Source: an uncultured Chloroflexia bacterium (lineage in GTDB: Bacteria > Chloroflexota > Anaerolineae > Anaerolineales > Villigracilaceae). Taken from it: a stretch of DNA of 64,000 nucleotides. The translations under genes and the position numbers were made by a program. Where the stretch lies: NCBI GenBank assembly GCA_963739255.1, contig CAVTZT010000010.1:212392-276391 (forward strand). Direction: 5' to 3'. Shown here piece after piece: positions 54,077-63,330 of this stretch (position 1 is its first letter; each line of letters starts with the position of its first letter). The notes beneath the pieces were generated by a model. It searched no databases. It saw only the letters and a program-made list of their open reading frames with translations, and was not told where the DNA came from.

Positions 54077-54466
54077 CTAAGACTTCAAACCTTCACCACT
54101 ACCTTTGCCAGACTTATATCCTGCATAACCTGCGGCAGCCAAAGCACCAAAACCCAATGCAGGAAGTGCCCAGTTGCTAACCATTTGATCTATTAACGCA
54201 CCAACAACAGAAGGTGGTTGTGGAGCAGGAGTTTGAGCTTGAACATTTTTGTTAGCTTCAGTAACTTGGCTAACTAAAGCTTGTGGATCTAGTTGGCCAA
54301 CAGGAGGTTTACCCATTGCGGGTGGTGCAATAGGTTTTGTTTTGCGAGGAGTAGCCTCTGGCTGTACTTGTTGTTGAGCAACAGGTTGAGCCATAGGTTG
54401 AGGTGGTGCGCCAAAAAGAAACGAACTAGCTTCTTCTTTAGAAATTGTTTCGTAAGAGGTAGCCAT
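54077..54466 (-). CDS. hypothetical Pro/Gln-rich protein with C-terminal TM
   Basis: 129 aa with a low-complexity PQ/AQ region and the TM helix 'WALPALGFGALAAAGYAGY'. Confidence 0.5.
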   Translation of the reverse strand: MATSYETISKEEASSFLFGAPPQPMAQPVAQQQVQPEATPRKTKPIAPPAMGKPPVGQLDPQALVSQVTEANKNVQAQTPAPQPPSVVGALIDQMVSNWALPALGFGALAAAGYAGYKSGKGSGEGLKS

Positions 54467-54469
54467 TTA

Positions 54470-55958
54470 TTAATCCCCTGGTGACAACACAATTTGATTT
54501 CTACCATTGACCATCAATGAACCTTTAGGAGGAAGAATGCTTCTGCCTTCTAAGTTAGATCTCATCTTATATTGGAAGGTATTGTTAATAGCTTGGAAAA
54601 GTTCAGATTTCTGAAAATTTTCTGCAAGCTGACCTTGATCAAAAGTTTTACCTGTTCTAGCCATCTCACGCTGAGAAGCCAACAACTCTTTAGACCAAGC
54701 GGCCATCAAAGCATTGTTACGCTGTTGATTGACTCGGTTGGCAATCATTGCTTCAGCACCACCCATGTATGGATCTGTATCAGGCACAGTGTTCCATGTT
54801 GGTGGCTTAACGTGTTCAGGAATATTTTTGTATGCCATGTCATTGGCAGAATTCAAAGAGTTCAAACGAACAAAAGCTTGAAACTCTGCAGGACTCTTAA
54901 TGACACCTTGCAACTCTTGGAAGATTGCTCTTTCAAGATTCTGCTGCTCTTGCAACATCTCATTGCGAGAAGCAGTTCCTGTAACTTCTTGACGGCCAGA
55001 TGCACCTGCTTGAGTAGTAGCAGAAGTACTTGCACCCATACTGCCACTTGCACCGATCTTAGAGCTAGATGGCATAGCGCCACCCTCACCGCCAGTAACA
55101 CCAGTACCAACATTGCCACCAATAGTTGCACCAGTAGTCTGTTGACCACCAGTATTAACATTTAAGCCCTGTTGTTGCTGTGAGCCAGTAGAAGCACCGA
55201 ATCTGATTAAGTCGGCTTACATAACCAAGCAAACGCTTGCGTTGTTCTTCTGGCAAACCAGAGATATGGTTTAGTACAGGCTTTAAACGATTGGCCAGAT
55301 TTAACTGTTCATCAATGTTTAAGTTAGCACCACCTGCAGTCTTGGCAGCGTTATAGGCATCATTGGTCGCCAGTTGCAGTTGGCTTGTCAAACCCTTGTT
55401 GGCCAATTCAGCGTTATATTTACCTTGAGTCCAAGGCAAAGTTTGCAAAGATTTAGTATCGGTGTCAGTAAATACACCGCCACGATTATTTAATTCAGCA
55501 ACTTCTTTTGGTGTCAAAACACGGCCAGTCAAGCCATCTTTAATTCGACCAGTAACACCTAATTCATTTTCTTCTTTGTAGAACAAATTGTTGTTTATGT
55601 CACGAGCTTCTTTCTCTTTAACACCACCTCCGTTGTACCACTTTAATGCCTCGTTATAGTTACGGCTTAGTACATTAACTAAAACCTTGTCCCACTGAGT
55701 AGACTGGTTAGGGCGATATTGTTCTGTTTCTCTTTCGTGTGCAGAAATATTGTTGGCAATACGAACACGAACTTCAGGTGTGTTTGCTTCAGGGATATCC
55801 GCAACAATCTCTTTAAATCGAGTTGGATAATCCAAAGTAACTTTGGCAATAGATGATTCGCTTCTAGGATCTGCAGGAACAATAGTTTCAATCATTCCTC
55901 CACCAACTGAAGGTGGTACGGCTTGTTTATCCTGTGGTGGTGCAATAGCTTCAGCCAT
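54470..55958 (-). CDS. hypothetical ~495-aa protein, probable frameshift near 55,200
   Basis: ORF 55155-55958 ('...LLGYVSRLNQI') continues after a 1-nt shift as 'GASTGSQQQQGLNVNTGGQQTTGATIGGNVGTGVTGGEGG...' into ORF 54470-55075, with no intervening stop. Confidence 0.45.
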
Positions 55959-55967
55959 GTCAATTCC

Positions 55968-56294
55968 TTATAAATTTAAGCCATGAGTGTAGTCATACCC
56001 TACCATTGGAGCGGGTTGTTGCATTGGCATTGTTTGTTGTGCAGGGTTACGAGCTTGTTTAATTGTGCTTGCAGCGCCCATGACATCACCAGTTACTAAT
56101 TGACCAACAGCAGGAGCAATAGCACCCACAACACCTTGAACAGGTGCAAGTCGGTTGTTAACCATTTCAGTCAAATTTGCAGGAGGCGCAACACCTTGTT
56201 CGGCAGGACGCATCCCTTCAATCTCGCCAGTATTGCGGTTAAAACCTGCGTATTGCGCCCCAATCACCATATTGGGAAGGGCTCGCAAAATCAA
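55968..56294 (-). CDS. hypothetical small protein
   Basis: About 108 aa, Gly/Ala/Val/Gln-rich, same strand and packing as its neighbours. Start uncertain. Confidence 0.4.
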   Translation of the reverse strand: MILRALPNMVIGAQYAGFNRNTGEIEGMRPAEQGVAPPANLTEMVNNRLAPVQGVVGAIAPAVGQLVTGDVMGAASTIKQARNPAQQTMPMQQPAPMVGYDYTHGLNL

Positions 56295-56314
56295 AGCTTT
56301 TCATTTACTTGCCT

Positions 56315-56925
56315 TTAAAGTTTAAAGCCCATGCCTTTGCCCGATGTTGTAGAGCCTTGAGTCCCTGCAAAATTAGGTGTAGTAGATCCTTGAGGTGTGC
56401 CATAAATTACAGAAGCATATTTGCTAAACACATCCTGCGGTGTTTGAGCCAAGCCAATTCTGTTTGAATACAATTGGCTTGCAATTGGAATATTGCTAGT
56501 ACCAATATCTGCCAACTTACCGGCAGCAGCCGCACGATTAGCTTCAACACCAGAAGAGGCAGTAGCGGCAGCAGTGGCCAATCGTTGCTCACCAAGTTGT
56601 TTCAAGTTCTCACGAGCCAATGCATAACGTGAGCTTCCCGCACCACCTGCGCCACCAAACATGGCGTTTTGACCGCCAACTTGCTCACGAATCTCTTCAC
56701 GAGCAGGTTGCAAAGCAGCTTGGATTTGCTCTTCTTTGTACTTAGGAGCAAACAACTCTTGCAATCCAGTAACACCACTAGCCAAACCTTGCTCACCTGC
56801 AGTTTGCGCTACCTGGCCACCACGCTCGGTAACGCCCAAAGCTTGTTGCATTGCAGGTAAAGCATTCACGGCAGTGCCATAAAGAACATCTTTAGCACCG
56901 GCAATGGTGTTTTTATAAGCAGGAA
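56315..56925 (-). CDS. hypothetical Gly/Ala/Gln-rich protein, N-terminus cut by junction
   Basis: The frame stays open upstream of the listed Met ('...[27 protein letters not shown]...') as far as the compositional break at ~56,925. It ends '...SGKGMGFKL*'. Confidence 0.45.
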
Positions 56926-56931
56926 CCGAGG
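56920..56931. other. compositional and gene-content breakpoint C|D
   Basis: AT-rich minus-strand coding sequence abuts GC-rich plus-strand coding sequence. Both genes are truncated here. Confidence 0.75.
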
Positions 56932-57662
56932 TGATCCTCGATCACCTCAAGGAGTGGGAGTCGGCGAAGGAGATGCCCAACCTCGTGATGGTCATCCTGC
57001 CGAGCGACCACACGCAGGGGACGAATGCCGGCTGGTGCACGCCCAAGGCGTGCGTGGCCGACAACGACCTCGCGCTCGGGCGCATCGTCGAGGGACTCAG
57101 CCATTCGAGCTTCTGGGCGTCGATGGCCGTGCTGGTGGTGGAAGACGACGCGCAGGACGCCGTGGATCACATCGACGGGCATCGCACCGTGGCGCTGGTG
57201 GCCAGCCCGTATGCGCGGCGCGGCGTGATCGACAGCACCTTCTACAGCCAGCCGTCGATGGTGAAGACCATCGAGCTGATGCTCGGCCTGCCGGCGCTGT
57301 CGATGTTCGACCTCGTGGCGACCGACATGCGCGCAAGCTTCATCGGCCCGAACGACACGCCCGACCTGACGCCGTACACAGCGCTCGAACCGGCGCAGAG
57401 CCTGTACGAGGTGAACGTGAAGGTCGGCGCCATCACCGGGCCCTTTGCCAAGGAACGTCGTGCCGCGGCGGTGGCGAGTTCGCGCATGAACTTCTCGCAG
57501 CCCGACGCCGCGCCGAGTGACCGGCTCAACCGCATTCTCTGGCACGACGCCCGCGGGTGGGACATGAAGTATCCGGGCGTGCGGCAGGCGGTGTTCTTCC
57601 CGATGAGCGTGGACCTCGGCGATGACCGCGAGGAGCGCCGAGAACCCGCCCAGGGGCAAGCC
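56931..57662 (+). pseudogene. phosphoesterase-family (phospholipase C/acid phosphatase-like) protein, C-terminal fragment
   Basis: No N-terminus. '[13 protein letters not shown]', '[63 protein letters not shown]' is typical of the family's C-terminal half. Confidence 0.65.
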
Positions 57663-57822
57663 GTGACCTTCATCCTCGCCCTCGACCAGGGCACCACATC
57701 CTCCCGCGCCATCATCTTCGATCGCGCCGGCGGCGTCGTGGCCACGGCCCAGAAGGAATTCCCGCAGATCTTCCCCCGGCCGGGTTGGGTGGAGCACGAC
57801 CCCGTCGACATCTGGTCCGCGC
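57663..57822 (+). pseudogene. glpK: glycerol kinase, first ~53 codons only
   Basis: From GTG 57663 it reads '[52 protein letters not shown]', the canonical GlpK N-terminus. It is in frame with the preceding fragment with no stop between them, and it ends at the next junction. Confidence 0.75.
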
Positions 57823-57823
57823 G

Positions 57824-59080
57824 GCCGGAAAGGACGAAACGCACGGCTTAAAATGGACTGATGACGACCCGGCCAGCGTCCGCCACCTCTGCCAACACTG
57901 CGGCGCCCTGATCGACCAGGCGCAATTCCTCGCCGTCGCCGACCTCGGCATCTACCGCGCCGATGACGGCACCACCTGCGACGACGCCGGAATCTTCCGC
58001 GACGCGAAAGGCACCATCATCCGCCCGCCCGCCCGCGTCGCTTTCCACCTATGGTCAGCCTACAGCCCTAACGTGAGCTGGGCCGGCGTCGTCCGCGACT
58101 TCCTTGCCGCCTACCGCGAAGCCGGCGAAGGCAAGCGCGAAAAGCTGCAAGCCTTCTGGAATACCACCCTCGGCGACTACTGGGCCGAAGAATTCGAGAA
58201 AACTGACGAACACGAACTGCGCTCCCGCGCCGAACCCTTCGCCCTCGAGCGCGTCCCGATCGGCTGCGTCCTGCTGCTCTCCGCCGTCGACGTCCAGGAC
58301 AACCGCCTGGAATGTGGCGTCTGGGGCTACGGGCGCGGCTGCGAAACATGGACCATTGCCCACCGCGTATTTTTCGGCAACCCGGCCGAAGATCAGGTGT
58401 GGGAAGCGCTCGACGAATACCTGTTCGACACCGACTTCAGCCATGCCGGCGGCGCCCGCATGAAGATCCACGCCACCGCCATAGACACCGGCGGCCACAA
58501 TACGCAGGCCGTCTATAACTGGTCCGCCCGCCATGCCCGCCGCCGCGTCTTCGCCATCAAGGGTTACAGCGGCAAGGAGCGCGCTATCCGCCAATCGGCC
58601 AGTAAAATCGATAGCTTCGACTGGCGCGGCCGCACCCGCAAGACCGCGCTTATCCTGTGGCAAGTCGGCACCAACAAGGCCAAGGACGAGCTACACGGCC
58701 GCCTGCAGATCACTCGGCCAGGGCCAGGCTACATCCATTTCAGCAACGAACTCAGCGACGAATGGTATCGTCAATTCACCGGCGAAGCGCGCACCGCGCG
58801 GCGCACCGTGCGCGGCGAAGAATCCACCTGGACGCCGCTGCGCAAGCGCAACGAAGCCTGGGACTGCGCCACCTACGTCATCTGGCTGGAAAAGCACCTG
58901 GAGCTAGACAAAAAGCCGGCCCGCTTCTGGGACGCTATCGAATCCATCGTGCAGCCTGTCAGCGGCGACCTGTTCGAAAGCGAATCGCCGCCCGCTGCGG
59001 TCGACACCGGAAAAATGCAAAAAACCATCGCGCCAACCAAGGCCGCGCGCCCCGTCACCCCGCACGCAATAGGCTGGTAA
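57824..59080 (+). pseudogene. phage terminase large subunit (lambda GpA family), C-terminal part only
   Basis: Starts at the zinc-finger region '[22 protein letters not shown]' and continues through the nuclease half ('LLLSAVDVQDNRLECGVWGYG', 'ATAIDTGGHNTQAVYNW', 'FAIKGYSG', 'RNEAWDCATYV'). The N-terminal Walker ATPase domain is absent. Confidence 0.8.
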
Positions 59081-59374
59081 ATGGACATCCTTGACCACAT
59101 CGCCGACTACATCAAGGCCGAACTCGGCGCCGACATCTTCACCGACGCCAGGCGCGAAGACTTCCTGGTGCAATTCCGCATGGAATACGGCAAGGACCGC
59201 CACTACGTCTATTCGCTCGACGGATTCCTGCACGAACGCCGCGTGCGCGAAGTCTTCACCGCTTTCCGTTCGGGCCTCACCCCGCGCGAGATTTCCGAGC
59301 GGATCGGCGTCAGCAAGCGGCGGGTCAATCAGATATTGGCGACGGTGGCGATGCCGGGAAACCCACTGCCTTAA
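59081..59374 (+). CDS. small HTH DNA-binding protein (Mor/sigma-region-4-like)
   Basis: 97 aa with the C-terminal HTH 'LTPREISERIGVSKRRVNQILA'. Confidence 0.5.
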   Translation: MDILDHIADYIKAELGADIFTDARREDFLVQFRMEYGKDRHYVYSLDGFLHERRVREVFTAFRSGLTPREISERIGVSKRRVNQILATVAMPGNPLP

Positions 59375-59405
59375 CCACTTCCCGCCGGGCCGGTAAAACG
59401 CTTAC

Positions 59406-59932
59406 ATGAGCGCCCCTATCCCGACTACCGAGCCGGCCAGCATCCGTGGCGGCGATACTGCATCCTGGCTGATTTCGTTGGCGGACTATCCGTGGGTAGT
59501 GGCTGGGTCCTCACCTACACCCTGATCAACGCCGCCGGCAAGGTCACGATCACCAGCATCGCCTCGGGCAACGACCACAGCATCTACAAGCTGCCGGCCG
59601 TCACCGCGCTCTATGCGGTCGGCAAGTATTCGTGGCAGTGCGTCGCCGCCAATGGCACCGATGCCTACACCATCCGCAGCGGCGATATGGAGATCCTCGC
59701 CAGCTTCGCCGCCACCGCCACGCTCGACGCCCGCAGCCATGCCGAAAAGACGCTGGCCGCGCTCGAAGCGTGGATCGAAGGGCACGACATGGCCGTTGCC
59801 GAATACGAAATCGCCGGCCGCCGCATGAAATACATCCCGATTGACCAACTGCTCAAGCTGCGCGACCAGTATCGCCGCGAAGTGCGCGGCCAGTCGGCGG
59901 CCGCGTCCGGTCGCGTTTACTCGAGGTTCTGA
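59406..59932 (+). CDS. gpW-like head-tail joining protein with N-terminal extension, one frame change near 59,488
   Basis: 'MSAPIPTTEPASIRGGDTASWLISLADYP' shifts to 'GSGWVLTYTLINAAGK...'. The C-terminal 'AEKTLAALEAWIEGHDMAVAEYEIAGRRMKYIPIDQLLKLRDQYRREV' resembles lambda gpW. The stop overlaps the portal ATG. Confidence 0.5.
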
Positions 59933-61845
59933 TGGCCGCTCAAACGATTGCGCCCTTCAAGGGCAGTGTCATCCTGACCGAATTCGCCGCCGGCCAGCGC
60001 GCCAAGCGGGAAGCCGCCGCCCGCCGCGACCTCGCCGCCGTGCAGCAAAAAGCCTTTGCCGCCGCCCAGCTCAACCGCCTGACCTCATCCTGGCGCGTCA
60101 CCGCCGAGCGCATCGACGACGAACTGCGCGCCGACCTCGACGCCCTGCGCCAGCGCTCGCGCTCGCTGGAAAACAACAACGACTACGCCCGCAACTACCT
60201 CGACATCGTCGAAACCAACATCATCGGCGACAACGCCCCGCGCCTGGTATCGCTCGCCGACAATGCGCCAGGAAACCCGGACACCGGCGCCCGCGAGGCC
60301 ATCGTCGCCGCCTGGGCTGCCTGGGGACAGCGCGGCACCTGCGAAGTCACCGGCAATTACTCATTCACTGGGCTGTGCCAGGCCATCGTGCGCGGCACTG
60401 CCCGCGATGGCGAATGCCTCGTCGCGCTGCACCCGAACGCCGACAACGCCTTCGGCTTCGCCGTGCAACTGCTCGACGTCGATCGCCTCGCCACCTGGCT
60501 AATCCGCGCCGCGTCCGAAGGCGAAAACGCCATCGTTTCCGGCGTCGAAATCAACGGCTACGGCAAGCCCGTCGCCTACCACTTCACCGCCGGCGACGCG
60601 CGCGGCAGCCGCAGCACCACGCGCGTATCGGCGCAGACCATGCTGCACCGCTTCGTCATGCAGCGCCCCGAGCAGAAGCGCGGCATCCCGTGGATGCACG
60701 CCAGCATGCTGTCGATGCACTACGCCGGCGAGTTTGCGCTGTCGGCATTGATGGCGGCCAAGGCCGGCGCCGATCACCTCGGATTTTTCGTCACGCCGGA
60801 CGGCGCCCCGCCGACCATCGGCGAAGAAGCCAGCGACGAAGCCGGTTCCCGCATCGCCACCAGCGCGCCAGGAACCTATGACACCCTGCCGGTCGGCGTC
60901 GATTTCAAGCAGATCGACAGCAAATACCCGAACGAAGTTTTCGCGCCCTTCCTGAAGTCCGCACATCAGCGTATGGCAAGCGGCCTGCCCGGCGCATCGT
61001 ATCCTGAGCTGTGCAACGATTACGAGGCAGTCAATTTCAGCAGCATCCGCGCCGCCATCATTTCGACGCGCGACGAATGGAAGAAGCGCCACAAGTGGTT
61101 TGCCGAATCCTGGCTGGAACCGATCTTCGCCGAATGGCTGCGCCTGGCGCTGGCCAAGGGCGCCATCCTGCTCGGCAATGGCTCGCCGCTGCCGGTCGCC
61201 AAGGTGCAGAAGTTCTCCGCTCACGCCTGGCAATTCCGTGGCTGGAGCTGGGTCGATCCGCTCAAGGACATTCAGACCGCCAAGGAAGCCATCGACCTGC
61301 GCGTCAGCAGCCGTACCCGCATCGCCTCCGAAATGGGCCGTGACATCGAGGAAATCTTCGACGAGCTGCAAAGCGAAGAAGCGCTGGCCGAGAAATACGG
61401 CGTCAAGCTGACCGCCGAACCGCCGCCCGCGCCGATGCCGGTCGACCCACCGGAAGACGACGGCAGCAAGGCGCTGGCCATCGCGCTCGCCCGTTCGCTC
61501 AGCGAGCAACGCAAGGCCGGCGACACGGTGATTCACAACCACCCGCCGGCGGTCACGCTCAACCAGGGCGAGATCCGCAACGAAATCCACCTGCCGGCCG
61601 CCGAAGCGCCCGTCGTCAATGTGACCAACGAGGTCAACGAGCGCGAAGCCGCCGCCCCGGTGATCAACTTTGCCCCGGTGACCAACGTCGCCGCGCCGGA
61701 AGTTACCGTCGAAGTCGACGCCATCATGCCGGCCGAAACGCAGGTCAGCATCGCCAGCCTGCCGGAGCGCGTCACCACCACCGAAATCGTGCGCGACGGC
61801 AACGGCAACATTACCGAATCGAAGCAGACGGAGCGCGACGCATGA
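59932..61845 (+). CDS. phage portal protein, lambda family
   Basis: 637 aa. 'LRQRSRSLENNNDYARNYLDIVETNIIG', 'VSGVEINGYGKPVAYHF', 'QKRGIPWM', 'NFSSIRAAIISTRDEWK', 'GWSWVDPLKDIQTAKEAIDL'. There is a long Ala/Pro/Val-rich C-terminal extension. Confidence 0.88.
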   Translation: MAAQTIAPFKGSVILTEFAAGQRAKREAAARRDLAAVQQKAFAAAQLNRLTSSWRVTAERIDDELRADLDALRQRSRSLENNNDYARNYLDIVETNIIGDNAPRLVSLADNAPGNPDTGAREAIVAAWAAWGQRGTCEVTGNYSFTGLCQAIVRGTARDGECLVALHPNADNAFGFAVQLLDVDRLATWLIRAASEGENAIVSGVEINGYGKPVAYHFTAGDARGSRSTTRVSAQTMLHRFVMQRPEQKRGIPWMHASMLSMHYAGEFALSALMAAKAGADHLGFFVTPDGAPPTIGEEASDEAGSRIATSAPGTYDTLPVGVDFKQIDSKYPNEVFAPFLKSAHQRMASGLPGASYPELCNDYEAVNFSSIRAAIISTRDEWKKRHKWFAESWLEPIFAEWLRLALAKGAILLGNGSPLPVAKVQKFSAHAWQFRGWSWVDPLKDIQTAKEAIDLRVSSRTRIASEMGRDIEEIFDELQSEEALAEKYGVKLTAEPPPAPMPVDPPEDDGSKALAIALARSLSEQRKAGDTVIHNHPPAVTLNQGEIRNEIHLPAAEAPVVNVTNEVNEREAAAPVINFAPVTNVAAPEVTVEVDAIMPAETQVSIASLPERVTTTEIVRDGNGNITESKQTERDA

Positions 61846-62286
61846 GACCGCAGAGCTACGACAATACGCTGAAGCAATCCGAACGTCCAGGCATTCCTGG
61901 CGCTGATTCGCAAAACCGAAGGCGCCGGCTATACGACTTTGTTCGGCGGTGGCATCGTCGAAAACACCGACGACCACCCGCGCATCGCCATCACCCGCAC
62001 GCTCGGCGGCAAGCCGATCACATCGACCGCAGCCGGCGCTTACCAGTTCCTTTCCCGCACCTGGGACGAATGCGTCAAGGCGCTTGGCTTGCAAGACTTC
62101 AGCCCGCCCAACCAGGACCGCGCCGCGCTTTACCTGATCGAACGCCGCCGCGCGCTGCCAGCCGTCCTCGAGGCCGACTGGCCGACCGCCATCGAGCGCT
62201 GTAACCGCGAATGGGCGTCGCTGCCCGGTTCGCCCTATGGCCAGCCGACCAAGAGCATGGCTTTCTGCCTCGAAGTTTCTCGATGA
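61842..62286 (+). pseudogene. GH104 lambda-type lysozyme/lytic transglycosylase, frame changes at both ends
   Basis: The core 'NVQAFLALIRKTEGAGYTTLFGGG...DHPR...STAAGAYQFLSRTWDE...FSPPNQDRAALYLI...WASLPGSPYGQ' has no in-frame start. ATG 61842 is in another frame (shift near 61880). The C-terminal 'SKFLDDLKEGG' lies in the frame of ORF 62237. Confidence 0.75.
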
Positions 62287-62356
62287 CCTGAAGGAGGGCG
62301 GCGCTCCGGCGACCAGCCCCTTTCCCGAAACCAAAACAGCTACCGGAGAAACCGCA

Positions 62357-62887
62357 ATGGCTCCTTTCGTTGCAGCAGCAATTCCTGCGCTTCTTCAAGC
62401 CGCGCCAGCCCTGATTCGCCTGTTCGGCAAGGGCGAGCAGTCCGAGAAAAATGCCAAGGCCGCCGAAGTCGCCGTCGAGATCGCCAAGGCCGTCACCGAC
62501 CAGCCGACCGCCGAGGGCGCCGTCGCCGCAATCCAGGCCGACCCGGAGGTCGCCACCAGCTACGCCAAGGCCATCGAGGCGCAGTGGTACTCGCTCGCAT
62601 CGGAAGCCGGCGGCGGCGGTATTGCCGGCGCCCGCGAATTCTCGGCAAGGATGACGCCGCCGGAAAAGCCGTGGATGTCGCCCTCGCTGTGGGTCACGCT
62701 CGCCCTGTTGCCGCTGGTCTACATGGCGCTTTACGCCGTGCTCTACAAAGGCGGATTCTCCGACGACATCCGCGCGATGGTCCTCGGCGCCATCTTCGGC
62801 GGCCTGCTCACCGGCGGCATTACGGCCTTCTGGTTCGGAACATCTGCCGGCAGCCAGCGCAAAACAGAAATGCTGTCCGAGCGCTGA
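62357..62887 (+). CDS. holin-like three-TM membrane protein
   Basis: 'MAPFVAAAIPALLQAAPALIRLF', then an Ala-rich helical region and two C-terminal TM helices ('SLWVTLALLPLVYMALYAVLY', 'MVLGAIFGGLLTGGITAFWF'). It lies directly after the lysozyme. Confidence 0.5.
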   Translation: MAPFVAAAIPALLQAAPALIRLFGKGEQSEKNAKAAEVAVEIAKAVTDQPTAEGAVAAIQADPEVATSYAKAIEAQWYSLASEAGGGGIAGAREFSARMTPPEKPWMSPSLWVTLALLPLVYMALYAVLYKGGFSDDIRAMVLGAIFGGLLTGGITAFWFGTSAGSQRKTEMLSER

Positions 62888-62916
62888 ACGAATAACTGAC
62901 TTTTTGAAAGCAAAGC

Positions 62917-63330
62917 ATGATTGACCACGCTCTCGACGGCCTTCCGTGGCTCGCAAAACTCAATGCCAACATGCGCGAGAGCATCTACCAGTTCGTCATG
63001 TTCGGCATGACGGCGCCGAAGCTGGTCAACACGCAAACAATCATGACGGCGCTGGTCGTCGGGGTGTTGTCAGCCGCCGGCGGTGCCTATCTCACAGTGC
63101 AGAATACGGCGACCAAGGTAGAAGTGTTTGCATCGCAGTTGGCCAGGATAGAACGCATGATCGAGAATTCCTCAGAGATCAGCCGGATCCACCAACTGAC
63201 CGATGAAACAAGGTTATCTCGAATCGAAGGCGCATTGTTCAGCAGCAACCTTCCCCCGGCCGGCACTGGCGACATGAGCGGCGGAATGCACGGCATGAGC
63301 GGAAACAGACACAGCAACGGCCGGAAATAA
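62917..63330 (+). CDS. membrane plus coiled-coil protein (spanin-like or lysis accessory)
   Basis: 137 aa. TM helix 'IMTALVVGVLSAAGGAYL' followed by a coiled coil 'KVEVFASQLARIERMIENSSEISRIHQL'. Third gene of the putative lysis cassette. Confidence 0.4.
   Translation: MIDHALDGLPWLAKLNANMRESIYQFVMFGMTAPKLVNTQTIMTALVVGVLSAAGGAYLTVQNTATKVEVFASQLARIERMIENSSEISRIHQLTDETRLSRIEGALFSSNLPPAGTGDMSGGMHGMSGNRHSNGRK

Noticed and set aside
56913-57797. 294-aa minus-strand ORF across the phosphoesterase and glpK fragments.
   Set aside because: It is antisense to two recognisable protein fragments and has shadow-ORF composition.
59841-62334. A 346-aa Arg-rich plus-strand ORF (59841-60881) and a 611-aa minus-strand ORF (60499-62334) overlapping the portal and lysozyme.
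   Set aside because: The portal frame is unambiguous. These are extreme Arg/Pro/Gly/Ala translations of off-frames in GC-rich phage DNA.
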